Below are positions 8,985 to 18,890 of a stretch of 64,000 nt of DNA, piece by piece. This stretch comes from Paracoccaceae bacterium. Lineage in GTDB: Bacteria; Pseudomonadota; Alphaproteobacteria; Rhodobacterales; Rhodobacteraceae. Position 1 is the stretch's first letter. Every line of letters starts with the position of its first letter. The DNA lies in assembly GCA_050290705.1 (NCBI GenBank), contig JBNKIC010000026.1, forward strand, positions 365,699-429,698, given 5' to 3'. Under the pieces are notes generated by a model that saw only the letters and a program-made list of their open reading frames with translations, was not told the DNA's origin and ran no database searches. Made by a program: the position numbers and the translations under genes.

Positions 8985-11075
8985 TCAGTCGAGCCCTTCG
9001 AGTTGCTCCAGCATCGGCCCCAGATAGGCCTCATAGCGGCGCCAGGCCTCGGAACTGCCGGTATACATCTTCTGCTTCACCTGACTGGCCGAGAGGGTTT
9101 TTACCGCGCGTTCTGTCTTGTGGAAATCGAGGCAGGCCTCTTCCCACTCCAGCCCGGCGGCAGCCACCAGCTTGCGGCTTTCCTCTTCCTGGTTCTCGGT
9201 GAGTTTTTCATAGGGCACCATGGTCACCCGATCGGGGAATATCTCGGCCCAGAACGCCATCAGATCAAGATGATAGCGATACATCTTGGCGGTATCGACC
9301 ATGTCGTTGCCAAAATTGTTGGCAATGCCCGTGAAGGATTTGGAATAGTTCGACCAGCAGGTGGCCCGGCTGTCACGCCGCATGAACAACACCCGTGCTT
9401 CCGGGATCGCCAGCAGCGCATGACCAACCCAGCGGAAGTTGAGCGGGGTTTTGTCGGTGATCACCGGCGCATCCACCTCCAGCCGTTGCAGGCCTTCGAA
9501 ATAGGATTTGCGAATATCAATCAGCCCGTTGCGATCCAGCTGTTCGGGCGGCTGGCTGTTCTTCCAGCCGATAGATTGCAGCTTCCGATCGAGATAGGGC
9601 AGTTCGCCACCGCCGAAAACCTGGCTGTGACTGGCCAGAATCTGCTCGCTCAGCGAGGTGCCGGAGCGTGGCATCCCGACTATAAAGACCGGCCGGTGCG
9701 GGGCCGGAATGTCTTTTAGAACCTGCCCCTCGAGCGGTGCGGGAGGATGGGCAAACTGTGCTTTCAGCTTGCCAAACATGCTCTCTTGCCGGTCGATGTC
9801 ATAGGGTTCGTGTTCGCGGCGGATCTGGTTGGCACGCATCAGATAGGGAAAGGCCATGGCGCAGTCGCCCAGCCGGTCATAGGTCTGAAACAGCGTGAAC
9901 CCGACCTGCACCCGTTCGGCCGCAGGCGTGGCATCGCTTTCAAAGTAGCCGCGCAGGCGGTCCAGATCGGGATGATCCGCGGGCAGGGGAAGCATCTCCC
10001 AAAGCTGCGCCAGCGTCCCCTTGGCTTCCGGATCGTGCATGAGCGCGGTCTTCAGGCATTCCGTTGCCTGCGGCGTGTCTCCGAGCCCTTGATAAATGCT
10101 GCCCAGCAGCCGCCAGATCTCGGCATGAGCGGGGTTTATCTTAAGGATGCGCTCGCAGGTGGCGATGTTGTCCTCGACAAACCGCGTGTTTTTCTGCGCC
10201 TTCGCCAGCGTGACCAGCAATTCGATCTCTTCAGGAATGCTGTCGAGCTTTGCTTTCAGAAATATGGCGGCTTCGTCGGCGCGGTTGCTGGACATCAGCG
10301 CGGTGGCAAAGTTCTGGATATATCTCGGCTCGTTCGGACGCTTCTCAAGGGCCTTGCTGAAATAGTCCTTCGCCTCGTCATGACGCCCCATCGCGCCCAG
10401 TGCATTCCCGGCCCCAACCAGCGGTTCGGGCTCATCGGGCACAAGCGCGATGGCTTTGCTAAAGGCGGTAAAGGCCTCGTCCGGCGCGCCCAGTCGGTTT
10501 GTAGCATAGCCATACGGCAGATAGGCGGCGGCATTGTTGGGGGCCAGCTCGATGCCTTTCTCTGCCGCTTCGGCGGTTTCTTCGAGCCGTCCCGTTTGGG
10601 CCAGCGACGCGGCCTTATTGATATGGGCATCGGCATAGTTGGGAGCAACCTCGGTCGCGCGCGCGAACAGCCGGATGGCCTCTTCATGTTGGTTCAGGCG
10701 GGCATGGGCCAGCCCCAGCAGATTGAGCAGCTCGGGCGCTTGGGGAAACAGCATCGCCAACCGCTGCCCTTCCTGAAGCAATTGCTGGATCTTGCCTTCG
10801 GACATCAGAGCCTGCAGCGCTTTCATTTGCTGCGATGTGGGGGTCATGCCACCTGTCGGATTCGGGATCTGCGCGCGCTGTGCTACGGTTGGTTGCGGCG
10901 GTTTTGGTGCAGCGGTGGATTTTCGCGCCGCCTGTTCCAGTGCCAAAAGTCCGCTTTTCGCGCGCGGATTGTTGGGAAACTGTGTCAGCACTTCGAGATA
11001 GAGCTGGGCCGCCCCGCCAAGATTGTTCTGCTTCAAAAATTTGTCTGCTTTGCGCAGGGTGATCTGGACCGACAT
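8985..11075 (-). CDS. TPR-repeat sulfotransferase (copy B)
   Basis: Same architecture; FIVGMPRSGTSLSEQIL; C-terminus almost identical to copy A. Confidence 0.88.
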   Translation of the reverse strand: MSVQITLRKADKFLKQNNLGGAAQLYLEVLTQFPNNPRAKSGLLALEQAARKSTAAPKPPQPTVAQRAQIPNPTGGMTPTSQQMKALQALMSEGKIQQLLQEGQRLAMLFPQAPELLNLLGLAHARLNQHEEAIRLFARATEVAPNYADAHINKAASLAQTGRLEETAEAAEKGIELAPNNAAAYLPYGYATNRLGAPDEAFTAFSKAIALVPDEPEPLVGAGNALGAMGRHDEAKDYFSKALEKRPNEPRYIQNFATALMSSNRADEAAIFLKAKLDSIPEEIELLVTLAKAQKNTRFVEDNIATCERILKINPAHAEIWRLLGSIYQGLGDTPQATECLKTALMHDPEAKGTLAQLWEMLPLPADHPDLDRLRGYFESDATPAAERVQVGFTLFQTYDRLGDCAMAFPYLMRANQIRREHEPYDIDRQESMFGKLKAQFAHPPAPLEGQVLKDIPAPHRPVFIVGMPRSGTSLSEQILASHSQVFGGGELPYLDRKLQSIGWKNSQPPEQLDRNGLIDIRKSYFEGLQRLEVDAPVITDKTPLNFRWVGHALLAIPEARVLFMRRDSRATCWSNYSKSFTGIANNFGNDMVDTAKMYRYHLDLMAFWAEIFPDRVTMVPYEKLTENQEEESRKLVAAAGLEWEEACLDFHKTERAVKTLSASQVKQKMYTGSSEAWRRYEAYLGPMLEQLEGLD

Positions 11076-11142
11076 GGCTTCTCCATCCCGACAGGATTGT
11101 CGATCCCAATCTTATGGACCAATTCTGGTTACCAAATCCTGA

Positions 11143-11886
11143 TCAGCCGTGGCGATATCGCCCCACGAAACGGGCAAGGATCTGCTCCGGCACGTGCACA
11201 TCGTGGCGGTTTACCTCGTCGATCAGCGCGTCGGCCTCTTCGGGGGGGAAATAGCCCTTATGCCGATAGATGCGGATGCGGGTTTCGAATTCCTGCGCAT
11301 CGGCCTCGGGGTGAAACTGCGTGGCATAGACATTTTCCCCGTAGCGCAGCATCTGATAGGGCGCGGGGGCCGAGCCCAGCAGATGCACCGCGCCTTCGGG
11401 CAGGTATTGCACCGCTTCCTTGTGTCCGACAAAGGCCAGAAAGCTTTCAGGCAGCCCGGCCAGCAGCGGATCTGCGCGGCCCGCCTCGGTCAGGTTGCAT
11501 TCCACCGCGCCCACCGGCTCGCCATAGCGTTCTTTCGAAACACTACCCGGGGCCAGATGATGGCCCAGAATGCCGATCCCGTAGCAGCAGCCCAGAAACG
11601 GGATGTCGCGGGCGCAGATCTCCGGCATCAGGCCCAGAATGCTGGCTTCGATCCGCGCTTCCACCGGGTCTTTGCTTTCGGCCGGGTCCGACACGCAGCC
11701 CGGCCCGCCGCCGACGATCACACCGCTATAGGCGCTGAGGTCGAGCGCCTCGGGCAGCGCCTCGCAATCCAGCCTGATACGGTGGGTGTCTTCGGCAGGC
11801 AGCCCGCCTTTGGCCAGAAAGGCCGCATATTCGCTATCGGCGGCCTCGGTTTCGGGGCGCAATTGCAGGATCAGAAAGGGTTTCAT
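11143..11886 (-). CDS. Class I glutamine amidotransferase (GMP-synthase-like)
   Basis: GGGPG oxyanion strand, nucleophile elbow LGCCYG, QFHPE triad motif. Confidence 0.85.
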   Translation of the reverse strand: MKPFLILQLRPETEAADSEYAAFLAKGGLPAEDTHRIRLDCEALPEALDLSAYSGVIVGGGPGCVSDPAESKDPVEARIEASILGLMPEICARDIPFLGCCYGIGILGHHLAPGSVSKERYGEPVGAVECNLTEAGRADPLLAGLPESFLAFVGHKEAVQYLPEGAVHLLGSAPAPYQMLRYGENVYATQFHPEADAQEFETRIRIYRHKGYFPPEEADALIDEVNRHDVHVPEQILARFVGRYRHG

Positions 11887-11930
11887 GCTTCCGCGCTAGC
11901 CGCTCGCGCCGGTTCGGTCAAGCCAACAGC

Positions 11931-11956
11931 AAAACCCCGGCGCAGGGCCGGGGTTT
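11931..11956 (-). terminator. Rho-independent terminator of the YcbK-family gene
   Basis: AAAACCCCGG-CGCAGGG-CCGGGGTTT hairpin with U-tract on the minus strand. Confidence 0.7.
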
Positions 11957-11989
11957 GTGCATCGTCCGATCGGGAAGGCTTGGCGGCGC

Positions 11990-12559
11990 TCAGGCGCCCC
12001 AGGTGCGCACCTGACCGCAATCCATATGAACGAAGTCCGAGCGGCTGTATTTGCCCACACCGCCAGCACGGCAGGCGGTGGCGGCATGAAAGATCTGGCT
12101 GACCGAGCGATCCTTCAACCGAAGGTCAGCGGCCTGAGCCTGCATGTGCAACGAGTTTTTCGCCACACCTCTGGAGCGGGCACGCAGCATCGCATTGGTC
12201 GAGGGCGAGCGGTAGCCCGAGAGCAGCATATAGGGTTCGCTTACATCGAGCAGGGCATGGGTCGCCGCGATGATGTCAATCGTGCGGGTGTCGATGGTCT
12301 TGATCTCGTCAACCCGCCAGTCGCGCATGAAATAGGTGATTTCCTGCATCGCCTCGGGGATGTAGTTCCCCTCGATCCAGTAAATCGTGTTGATGGTTTC
12401 GCCGGTGCGACCGGAGTACATGGCGACGCGGCGTACATCGCCGCCCCCACGCAGGAACCCGGCAGCCTTCGCGAAAGTAGGGGCGGAGCATACGGCTGTG
12501 GCTGCAAACGCACCCAGCAGAGCACGGCGGCTCAGCCCTTCAGAGCTTTGATAGGTCAT
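11990..12559 (-). CDS. YcbK/MepK family peptidase M15 (DUF882), Tat-exported
   Basis: Twin-arginine SRRALL; SGYRS, NSLHM...AADL, FVHMDCG zinc motifs; divergent from the L,D-transpeptidase. Confidence 0.85.
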   Translation of the reverse strand: MTYQSSEGLSRRALLGAFAATAVCSAPTFAKAAGFLRGGGDVRRVAMYSGRTGETINTIYWIEGNYIPEAMQEITYFMRDWRVDEIKTIDTRTIDIIAATHALLDVSEPYMLLSGYRSPSTNAMLRARSRGVAKNSLHMQAQAADLRLKDRSVSQIFHAATACRAGGVGKYSRSDFVHMDCGQVRTWGA

Positions 12560-12897
12560 CTGTCCCAGTTCGTCCTGTCGTCTTTATCCTGCGGTTCCTT
12601 GCCCGAACCGTCAGGGTGTTGCACCTTATCCCCAGGCGCAAAAAGGTTATGACACACTACGAATCGTCCGCCAAGCCCGATTGCGCGGCGACACCGGCTT
12701 TCAAGGGGAATCGGCAAAAAATTGCTGAGAGGGCAATCTGAGCCGAAAATGTGGCCGGAAAGCCTCAGGGCGGATGCTGCGTGCCGGAAAAGTGGAAAAC
12801 CCCCGTCTTTGTGAGTGGAACACCAACCTCTGGCGTGGCAAAATTGCCTGAAATCGGGAAACCGTGACGATTTGAGCCAGACCTAAGGACAAAACAG

Positions 12898-14520
12898 ATG
12901 CGCGCTTCGCGTCATTTCACTGCTGCATTTTATGCCCTCTCAACCGCCGCCTTTTTCGGGCTGAGCGCGCCGGTTTCCGCCGCGCCGGGCGATCTGAAGT
13001 TTCCAGCCTTCGCGCAAGCCGTGGCCGAGGCCGCGATGGGGCAGGACGAAGTTGCCGCCTTCTATCGCAGCAATGACTACCAGCCGATCTGGACGGGGCA
13101 GGGTGCGGTGGAAACCGCGCGGCGCACGGCTCTGCTGCGCGCGCTGCTGTCGGCAAGCGATCACGGCCTGCCGGTGCAGCAATATGACACCACCCAGATC
13201 GAGGCGCAGATGCGTCATGTCAGCTCGCCGCGCGAGCAGGGCAAGGTCGAGGTCGAGCTCAGCCGGATCTTCCTGACCTATGCGCATCAGCTGCAAACCG
13301 GCATCCTGAACCCGCGCGATATCGATAAGGGCATGGTGCGCCGTCCGGCCCGCCGCGATGGCGCCGAACTGCTGTCTGGTCTGGCCACCAGCGACAATCC
13401 CGATGCCTATATGCGTGGGCTCGCCCCCGCATCCGATGAATATGCGCGCCTGATGCATGCCAAGTTCGAACTGCAGCAGCTGGTCGAAGCCGGAGGCTGG
13501 GGCGCACCTGTGCAGGCCCAAAAGCTCAGCCCGGGCGATAGCGGCCCGGCGGTGATTGCCCTGCGCAACCGGCTGGTGGCGATGGGCTATCTCAACCGTT
13601 CGGCCACGGTCAGCTATGACGCCGACATCCAGCGCGCGGTGCAGCGCTTCCAGGAGGCCAGCGGCCTGACCTCGGACGGCGTGGCGGGCGGCTCGACCCT
13701 TGCAGCGATCAACGTATCGGCCGCCGACCGGCTGAAATCGGTCATCGTGGCGATGGAGCGCGAACGCTGGCTGTCGATCGACCGCTCGCAGCGCTATGTC
13801 TGGGTGAACCTCACCGATTTTACCGCGCGGATCATTGACGAAGGCAAGATCACCTTCGAAACCCGCTCCGTGGTTGGTCAGAACAACAGCGATCGCCGCA
13901 CACCGGAATTCTCCGATACAATGGAGCATCTGATTATCAACCCGACGTGGAACGTGCCGCGCTCGATCACCGTAAAAGAATACCTGCCGAACATGATTGA
14001 GTCGGGCGGCCAGACCGCCGGACATCTTCAGATCGTTGACGGGCGGGGCAATGTGGTACCGCGCGACGCGATCAATTGGGAAGAAGTCACACCGCGGAAT
14101 TTCCCCTTTGACCTCAAGCAACCGCCCTCGCGTGGCAATGCGCTGGGGCTGGTGAAATTCATGTTCCCCAACCCCTATAACATCTACCTGCACGACACCC
14201 CGTCCAAAAGCTTGTTTGCCCGCGAAACGCGCACCTTCTCGCATGGGTGCGTGCGGCTCGGCGATCCGTTCGATTTCGCTTATGCGATGCTGGCCAAGCA
14301 AGAGACCGATCCGGTCAGCTTTTTCCAGTCGGTGCTGAGGACCGGGCGCGAAACCCAGGTTAATCTGGTCAATCCGGTGCCCGTGCACCTTGTTTATCGC
14401 ACCGCCTTTTCCGATCTGCGCGGCACGATGAACTTCCGCGCCGATATCTATGGGCGCGATGCCAAGACCTGGGCCGCGCTTCAGGCGGCGGGTGTTACCC
14501 TGCCGGGCGGAGAAAGCTGA
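12898..14520 (+). CDS. Murein L,D-transpeptidase (YcbB/LdtD family) with peptidoglycan-binding domain
   Basis: Signal peptide; PG-binding AVQRFQEASGLTSDGVAG; NPTWNVP, IYLHDTP, FSHGCVRL catalytic motif. Confidence 0.9.
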   Translation: MRASRHFTAAFYALSTAAFFGLSAPVSAAPGDLKFPAFAQAVAEAAMGQDEVAAFYRSNDYQPIWTGQGAVETARRTALLRALLSASDHGLPVQQYDTTQIEAQMRHVSSPREQGKVEVELSRIFLTYAHQLQTGILNPRDIDKGMVRRPARRDGAELLSGLATSDNPDAYMRGLAPASDEYARLMHAKFELQQLVEAGGWGAPVQAQKLSPGDSGPAVIALRNRLVAMGYLNRSATVSYDADIQRAVQRFQEASGLTSDGVAGGSTLAAINVSAADRLKSVIVAMERERWLSIDRSQRYVWVNLTDFTARIIDEGKITFETRSVVGQNNSDRRTPEFSDTMEHLIINPTWNVPRSITVKEYLPNMIESGGQTAGHLQIVDGRGNVVPRDAINWEEVTPRNFPFDLKQPPSRGNALGLVKFMFPNPYNIYLHDTPSKSLFARETRTFSHGCVRLGDPFDFAYAMLAKQETDPVSFFQSVLRTGRETQVNLVNPVPVHLVYRTAFSDLRGTMNFRADIYGRDAKTWAALQAAGVTLPGGES

Positions 14521-14622
14521 GCCATTCCGGCCCCTTCCTGGGGCCGGGGTCATTATTCTGTTTCCTTGGTTGTCTAAACCGACTAAACGGGCTTCGCCCG
14601 GTGGCTCAGTTGGGGGAGAAGA

Positions 14623-14889
14623 ATGCCCGAAGTCATTCGCAATCGCGTGATCGAGATCCTTGCCGAACAGGCATTGCTGGAGCCGTCCGATGTGCGGCCC
14701 GAGCAATCTCTTGAGGATCTCGGAATCGACAGCCTTGGTCTCGTCGAGGCGATTTTTGCCATCGAAGAAGCCTTCGATATTTCGGTGCCGTTCAACGCCA
14801 ACGATCCCTCTGAAAGCGATTTCGACATTTCGTCGGTCGAGGCCATTATCAAGGCCGTATCGGGCCTGATCGCCGAACAGGAGGCTTGA
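14623..14889 (+). CDS. Specialised acyl carrier protein (NodF/AcpXL-like)
   Basis: Acidic 88-aa protein with LGIDSLG phosphopantetheine motif. Confidence 0.88.
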   Translation: MPEVIRNRVIEILAEQALLEPSDVRPEQSLEDLGIDSLGLVEAIFAIEEAFDISVPFNANDPSESDFDISSVEAIIKAVSGLIAEQEA

Positions 14890-14895
14890 TCGCAT

Positions 14896-16107
14896 ATGCG
14901 GCGCGTTGTGATCACCGGCGCGGGCACGATCAACGCGCTCGGCGCCAATGTGGCGGATACCATCGCAGCAATGAAAGAAGGCCGGTCGGGTATCTCCGAG
15001 CTGGAGTTTCGCGATGTCGAGCGGCTGAGCATCCGCATTGGCGCGCAGATCAAGAATTACGATCCCGCGGCGCATTTCGACCGTCAGCAGATCACCTTCT
15101 ATGACCGCTACACCCAATTTGCTCTGCTGGCCGCCAATGAGGCGGTCGCCCAGTCGGGCCTGACCTTCGATGAAGAGCTGGCCGATCGGGCCGGGGTCGT
15201 CCTTGGCAATTCCGGCGGCGGGCTGAACACCCTCGATGACAACTACCGCACCGTCTACGAAGAGGGGAAAAACCGCGTTCACCCCTTCGTGGTGCCGAAG
15301 CTGATGAACAACGCCGCCACCAGTCAGGTGTCGATGGCGCATAAGCTGCGCGGCCCGAGCTTTACCGTGGCCTCGGCCTGTTCCTCGTCGAACCACGCGA
15401 TGGGGCAGGCGTTGATGATGATCCGCTCCGGTCTGTCGGATGTCATGCTCACCGGCGGCGCCGAGGCGATGCTGTGCTTTGGTGGCATCAAAGCCTGGGA
15501 AGGGCTCAGGGTGATGTCGAAAGACGCCTGTCGCCCGTTCTCGGCCAATCGTAACGGCATGGTGCAGGGCGAGGGCGCTGCGGTCTTCGTGTTCGAAGAG
15601 CTGGAGCACGCGAAGGCGCGCGGGGCGCAGATCCTGGCCGAGGTGGCAGGCTTCTCGATGACGGCGGATGCCGCCGATATCGTCATGCCCAGCCGTCAGG
15701 GCGCTGCCCGGGCGATTTCCGGCGCGATGCGCGATGCCGGGCTGAACCCGGAAGACATTGGCTATATCAACGCCCACGGCACCGGCACGGCAGCCAATGA
15801 CCGCACCGAATGCGGGGCGGTGCGCGATGCTTTCGGGGCCCATGCCGACAAGCTGATGATGTCCTCGACCAAATCTATGCACGGCCACGCGATTGGCGGC
15901 ACCGGCGCGATCGAGCTGGTTGCGGCGCTGATGGCGCTGAATGAAGGGGTGATTCCGCCGACCATCGGCTATGAACAGCCCGACCCGGATTGCACCCTCG
16001 ACGTGGTGCCCAATGTGGCGCGCGAAGCCAAGGTGGACGCGGTGCTGTCCAACGCCTTTGCCTTTGGCGGGCTCAATGCGGTTCTGGCGCTGAAACGGGC
16101 GCCCTGA
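14896..16107 (+). CDS. Beta-ketoacyl-ACP synthase (FabF/NodE-like)
   Basis: RRVVITG, SACSSS catalytic Cys, NAHGTGT, STKSMHGH, SNAFAFGG. Confidence 0.92.
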   Translation: MRRVVITGAGTINALGANVADTIAAMKEGRSGISELEFRDVERLSIRIGAQIKNYDPAAHFDRQQITFYDRYTQFALLAANEAVAQSGLTFDEELADRAGVVLGNSGGGLNTLDDNYRTVYEEGKNRVHPFVVPKLMNNAATSQVSMAHKLRGPSFTVASACSSSNHAMGQALMMIRSGLSDVMLTGGAEAMLCFGGIKAWEGLRVMSKDACRPFSANRNGMVQGEGAAVFVFEELEHAKARGAQILAEVAGFSMTADAADIVMPSRQGAARAISGAMRDAGLNPEDIGYINAHGTGTAANDRTECGAVRDAFGAHADKLMMSSTKSMHGHAIGGTGAIELVAALMALNEGVIPPTIGYEQPDPDCTLDVVPNVAREAKVDAVLSNAFAFGGLNAVLALKRAP

Positions 16108-16145
16108 CGGCGGCGCGCTTCCGATCCTCTGATCATCAGGCATAG

Positions 16146-16176
16146 AAAAACCGCCGCACCCGAAGGGGCGCGGCGG
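16146..16176 (-). terminator. Terminator between convergent KAS and IalB genes
   Basis: AAAAA-CCGCCGCACC-CGAAG-GGGCGCGGCGG hairpin; U-tract on the minus strand. Confidence 0.65.
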
Positions 16177-16196
16177 CTGAATAGTGCTCAGACCGA

Positions 16197-16865
16197 TCAG
16201 TTGCCGCTGGCGGCGGGCTGGATCGAGGCCCAGGCGGCGGTGAAACCGTTCAGCGACACCGGCACTTCGATTTTCAGCTCAGGTTTGGCGGCCGGGTTGA
16301 TGGTGATCTTGGCGGCGTTGCCAGCCTTGAAGCCCGCGATTTCTTCAGCCGTAAAGCCGATCTGCGCCACACAACCCACCTGATCGCAATAGCGGAACGG
16401 ATAGCGTTTTGCCGCGCCCGAATCCACTGCCAGCGTGATCTGTTGGGTCAGCAGGGTGCCGAGCGGCATGATGATCATCGAGCCGGCAATTGCTTGCTGG
16501 CCTTTCGGCAGGACGCCTACCGTCATTTTGCCAATCGGGCTGGCCTCGGGATTTTCGCGCAGAAGCTGGGTTAGCTGGCAGGGATCGGGGCCTTCCTGGC
16601 CTTCCGGAACGCGCAGGCATTCCCGCTGCCAATCTCCGAAGGTCTGATCGACATAGGTTTCAAGCTGCGGCGGTTGCTGCGGTTGGTCAGCGGGGGTGCC
16701 CATATCGAGGTCGGTGCCCGCCCCGGTGGTCGGAGCTTCGGCAGCAGGAGCCGCTGCGCCGCTATCGGCGGCCGCGCCGTCGGTTGCCGTGGTGTCCTGC
16801 GCAATTGCAGGGGTCGCCAGCGCCAGCAGCATCGCCAGGCCGAGAGGTTTCATAAGGTCTGCCAT
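16197..16865 (-). CDS. Invasion-associated locus B (IalB) family periplasmic protein
   Basis: Signal peptide from MADLMK; FGDWQRECL, CQLTQ, PLGTLL, CDQVGCVA, VSLNGFTAA. The upstream 77 codons of the listed ORF are probably non-coding. Confidence 0.85.
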   Translation of the reverse strand: MADLMKPLGLAMLLALATPAIAQDTTATDGAAADSGAAAPAAEAPTTGAGTDLDMGTPADQPQQPPQLETYVDQTFGDWQRECLRVPEGQEGPDPCQLTQLLRENPEASPIGKMTVGVLPKGQQAIAGSMIIMPLGTLLTQQITLAVDSGAAKRYPFRYCDQVGCVAQIGFTAEEIAGFKAGNAAKITINPAAKPELKIEVPVSLNGFTAAWASIQPAASGN

Positions 16866-17163
16866 GGTGAAATCCCATTTTTGTTCGAACCGTCGCGGCT
16901 CATTAGCATGCGCGGAGCGGTAAGTCAGGCTGGAAATTATGCCACAGGGGGCGGCGCGGGGATTTTTGCCGAACCAAGGCTTCCGCCTCGCCGTAAAAGA
17001 AAAGGGCCCGCAGCCCGGACCCTTTTCATGATTATTTTTTTCACTCCCCGTCGGACAGGCCGACTTGTGTGCGAACGCTACGACAGAAGGTCGCATCGGT
17101 CAACCGCCCAGTCGTCAGGATTTGAAATTTGCAGGTCACTTCCTCTAAAGCTGTGTGAGGACG

Positions 17164-17245
17164 AAAAAAGCCGCGCCACAAGGGCGCGGCCAGTCTGACA
17201 GGGAGGAAGTGTTCGGACGAAAGAGGGCAAGCGCCCGAACAATTT
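17164..17245 (-). ncRNA. Candidate trans-acting sRNA with anti-SD CUUCCUCCC seed
   Basis: Minus strand: 5' hairpin TGTTCGGGCG...CGTCCGAACA, then single-stranded CTTCCTCCCTGTCAGACT, then terminator GCCGCGCC-CTTGT-GGCGCGGC-TTTTTT. No upstream gene on that strand needs this terminator. Confidence 0.6.
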
Positions 17246-17314
17246 CAATCTGGCACGAAGTCCTTAAAAATGTATTTTCAAAGCGTGCTTTTGTTCACGG
17301 GAGAGGCAAAGCTG

Positions 17315-18877
17315 ATGAGTGACCGGGTTTTTGTTGGCGGCGGCGGCGTTTCTTACGCCGTTGCGCAGGGGCTTTTGCTGAAATACGCCAACCGGCACGG
17401 GCTGATCGCGGGGGCCACCGGCACCGGCAAGTCCGTCACCCTGCAAATCATGGCCGAAGGCTTTTCCAAAGCCGGGGTGCCGGTGTTTCTGGCCGATGTG
17501 AAGGGCGACCTGTCGGGGCTGGCCGCGGCGGGCTCGGACAGCTTCAAGCTGCACGAGGCCTTTACCGAACGGGCGGGGAAGATCGGCTTCACAGATTATG
17601 GCTATGAGGCCTTCCCGGTGACCTTCTGGGATATTTTTGGCGAGCAGGGCCACCCGATCCGCACCACCGTGGCCGAGATGGGGCCACTGCTCTTGGCGCG
17701 GCTGCTGGAGCTGACCGATGTGCAGGAAGGCGTGCTCAACGTCGCCTTCCGCGCTGCCGACGATCAGGGCCTGCCGCTGCTTGATCTGAAAGACCTGCAA
17801 TCGCTTCTGGTCTGGGTCGGTCAGAACGCCGACAGCCTGTCGCTGCGCTATGGCAATGTCAGCCGCTCTTCGGTCGGGGCGATCCAGCGCGCGCTCTTGG
17901 TGCTCGACACCCAGGGCGGCCAGAACCTGTTCGGTGAACCGGCGCTGGAGCTGGCCGACATGATGCGGGTCGATCCCGATGGGCGCGGGCGGGTCTCGAT
18001 CCTTGCCGCCAACAAGCTGATGGGCTCGCCCCGGCTTTACGCGACCTTCCTGCTCTGGCTGCTGTCGGAGCTGTTCGAGGAACTGCCCGAGGTGGGCGAT
18101 CCCGACAAGCCAAAGCTGGTCTTCTTCTTCGACGAGGCGCATCTGCTGTTTGATGACGCGCCGAAAGCGCTGATCAACAAGGTCGAACAGGTGGCGCGGC
18201 TGATCCGCTCCAAGGGCGTCGGGGTCTATTTCTGCACCCAGAACCCCGCCGATGTGCCCGACGATATTCTCGGCCAGCTCGGCAACCGGGTGCAGCACGC
18301 GCTGCGCGCCTTCACCGCGCGCGACCGCAAAGAGCTGCATCAAGCCGCCCAGACCTATCGCGACAATCCGCGTTTCGACATCGAAGACACGATCCGCGAA
18401 GTGGGCGTGGGCGAGGCGCTAACCTCGATGCTCGAAGCCAAGGGCGCCACCGGTATGGCCGAACGCACCCTGATCCGCCCGCCATCGTCCAAACTCGGCC
18501 CGATTGATCCGGTGCAGCGTGCCGCGGTGATGGCCAATTCGCCGATTGCCGGAAAATACGAGGCCGCGATTGATCGCGAAAGCGCCTATGAGGTGCTGGC
18601 CAAACGGGCTGAGCAGGCCGCCGAGGCGGCAGACGAGACCGCTCAGCAGGCCGGGCAGGACAGCCCAAAGCAGCGCGAGTTCCACGCCGCCCGCCGCTAT
18701 TCCCCGGCCAGCGTGTCCACCCCCAGCCGCAGCCACCGCATCGCCACCCCGCATCGCCGCTCGGTAGCGCGCGAAATCGGCGACGGGTTGACCTCGGCGC
18801 TGGTGAAAGAGCTGAAAGGCACCACCGGCCGCCGCATCGTGCGCGGCATTCTGGGTACGATGTTCAAGGGCCGCTAG
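17315..18877 (+). CDS. DUF853/YjgR family HerA-like ATPase
   Basis: [61 protein letters not shown]. Confidence 0.9.
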   Translation: MSDRVFVGGGGVSYAVAQGLLLKYANRHGLIAGATGTGKSVTLQIMAEGFSKAGVPVFLADVKGDLSGLAAAGSDSFKLHEAFTERAGKIGFTDYGYEAFPVTFWDIFGEQGHPIRTTVAEMGPLLLARLLELTDVQEGVLNVAFRAADDQGLPLLDLKDLQSLLVWVGQNADSLSLRYGNVSRSSVGAIQRALLVLDTQGGQNLFGEPALELADMMRVDPDGRGRVSILAANKLMGSPRLYATFLLWLLSELFEELPEVGDPDKPKLVFFFDEAHLLFDDAPKALINKVEQVARLIRSKGVGVYFCTQNPADVPDDILGQLGNRVQHALRAFTARDRKELHQAAQTYRDNPRFDIEDTIREVGVGEALTSMLEAKGATGMAERTLIRPPSSKLGPIDPVQRAAVMANSPIAGKYEAAIDRESAYEVLAKRAEQAAEAADETAQQAGQDSPKQREFHAARRYSPASVSTPSRSHRIATPHRRSVAREIGDGLTSALVKELKGTTGRRIVRGILGTMFKGR

Positions 18878-18890
18878 GGGCGGGGGCGCC

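Noticed and set aside
12940-16143. 1067-aa minus-strand ORF and similar long antisense ORFs (9747-11738, 39303-41753, 52055-54442)
   Set aside because: They are shadow frames of well-supported genes on the opposite strand, expected in high-GC DNA, and carry no recognisable motifs.
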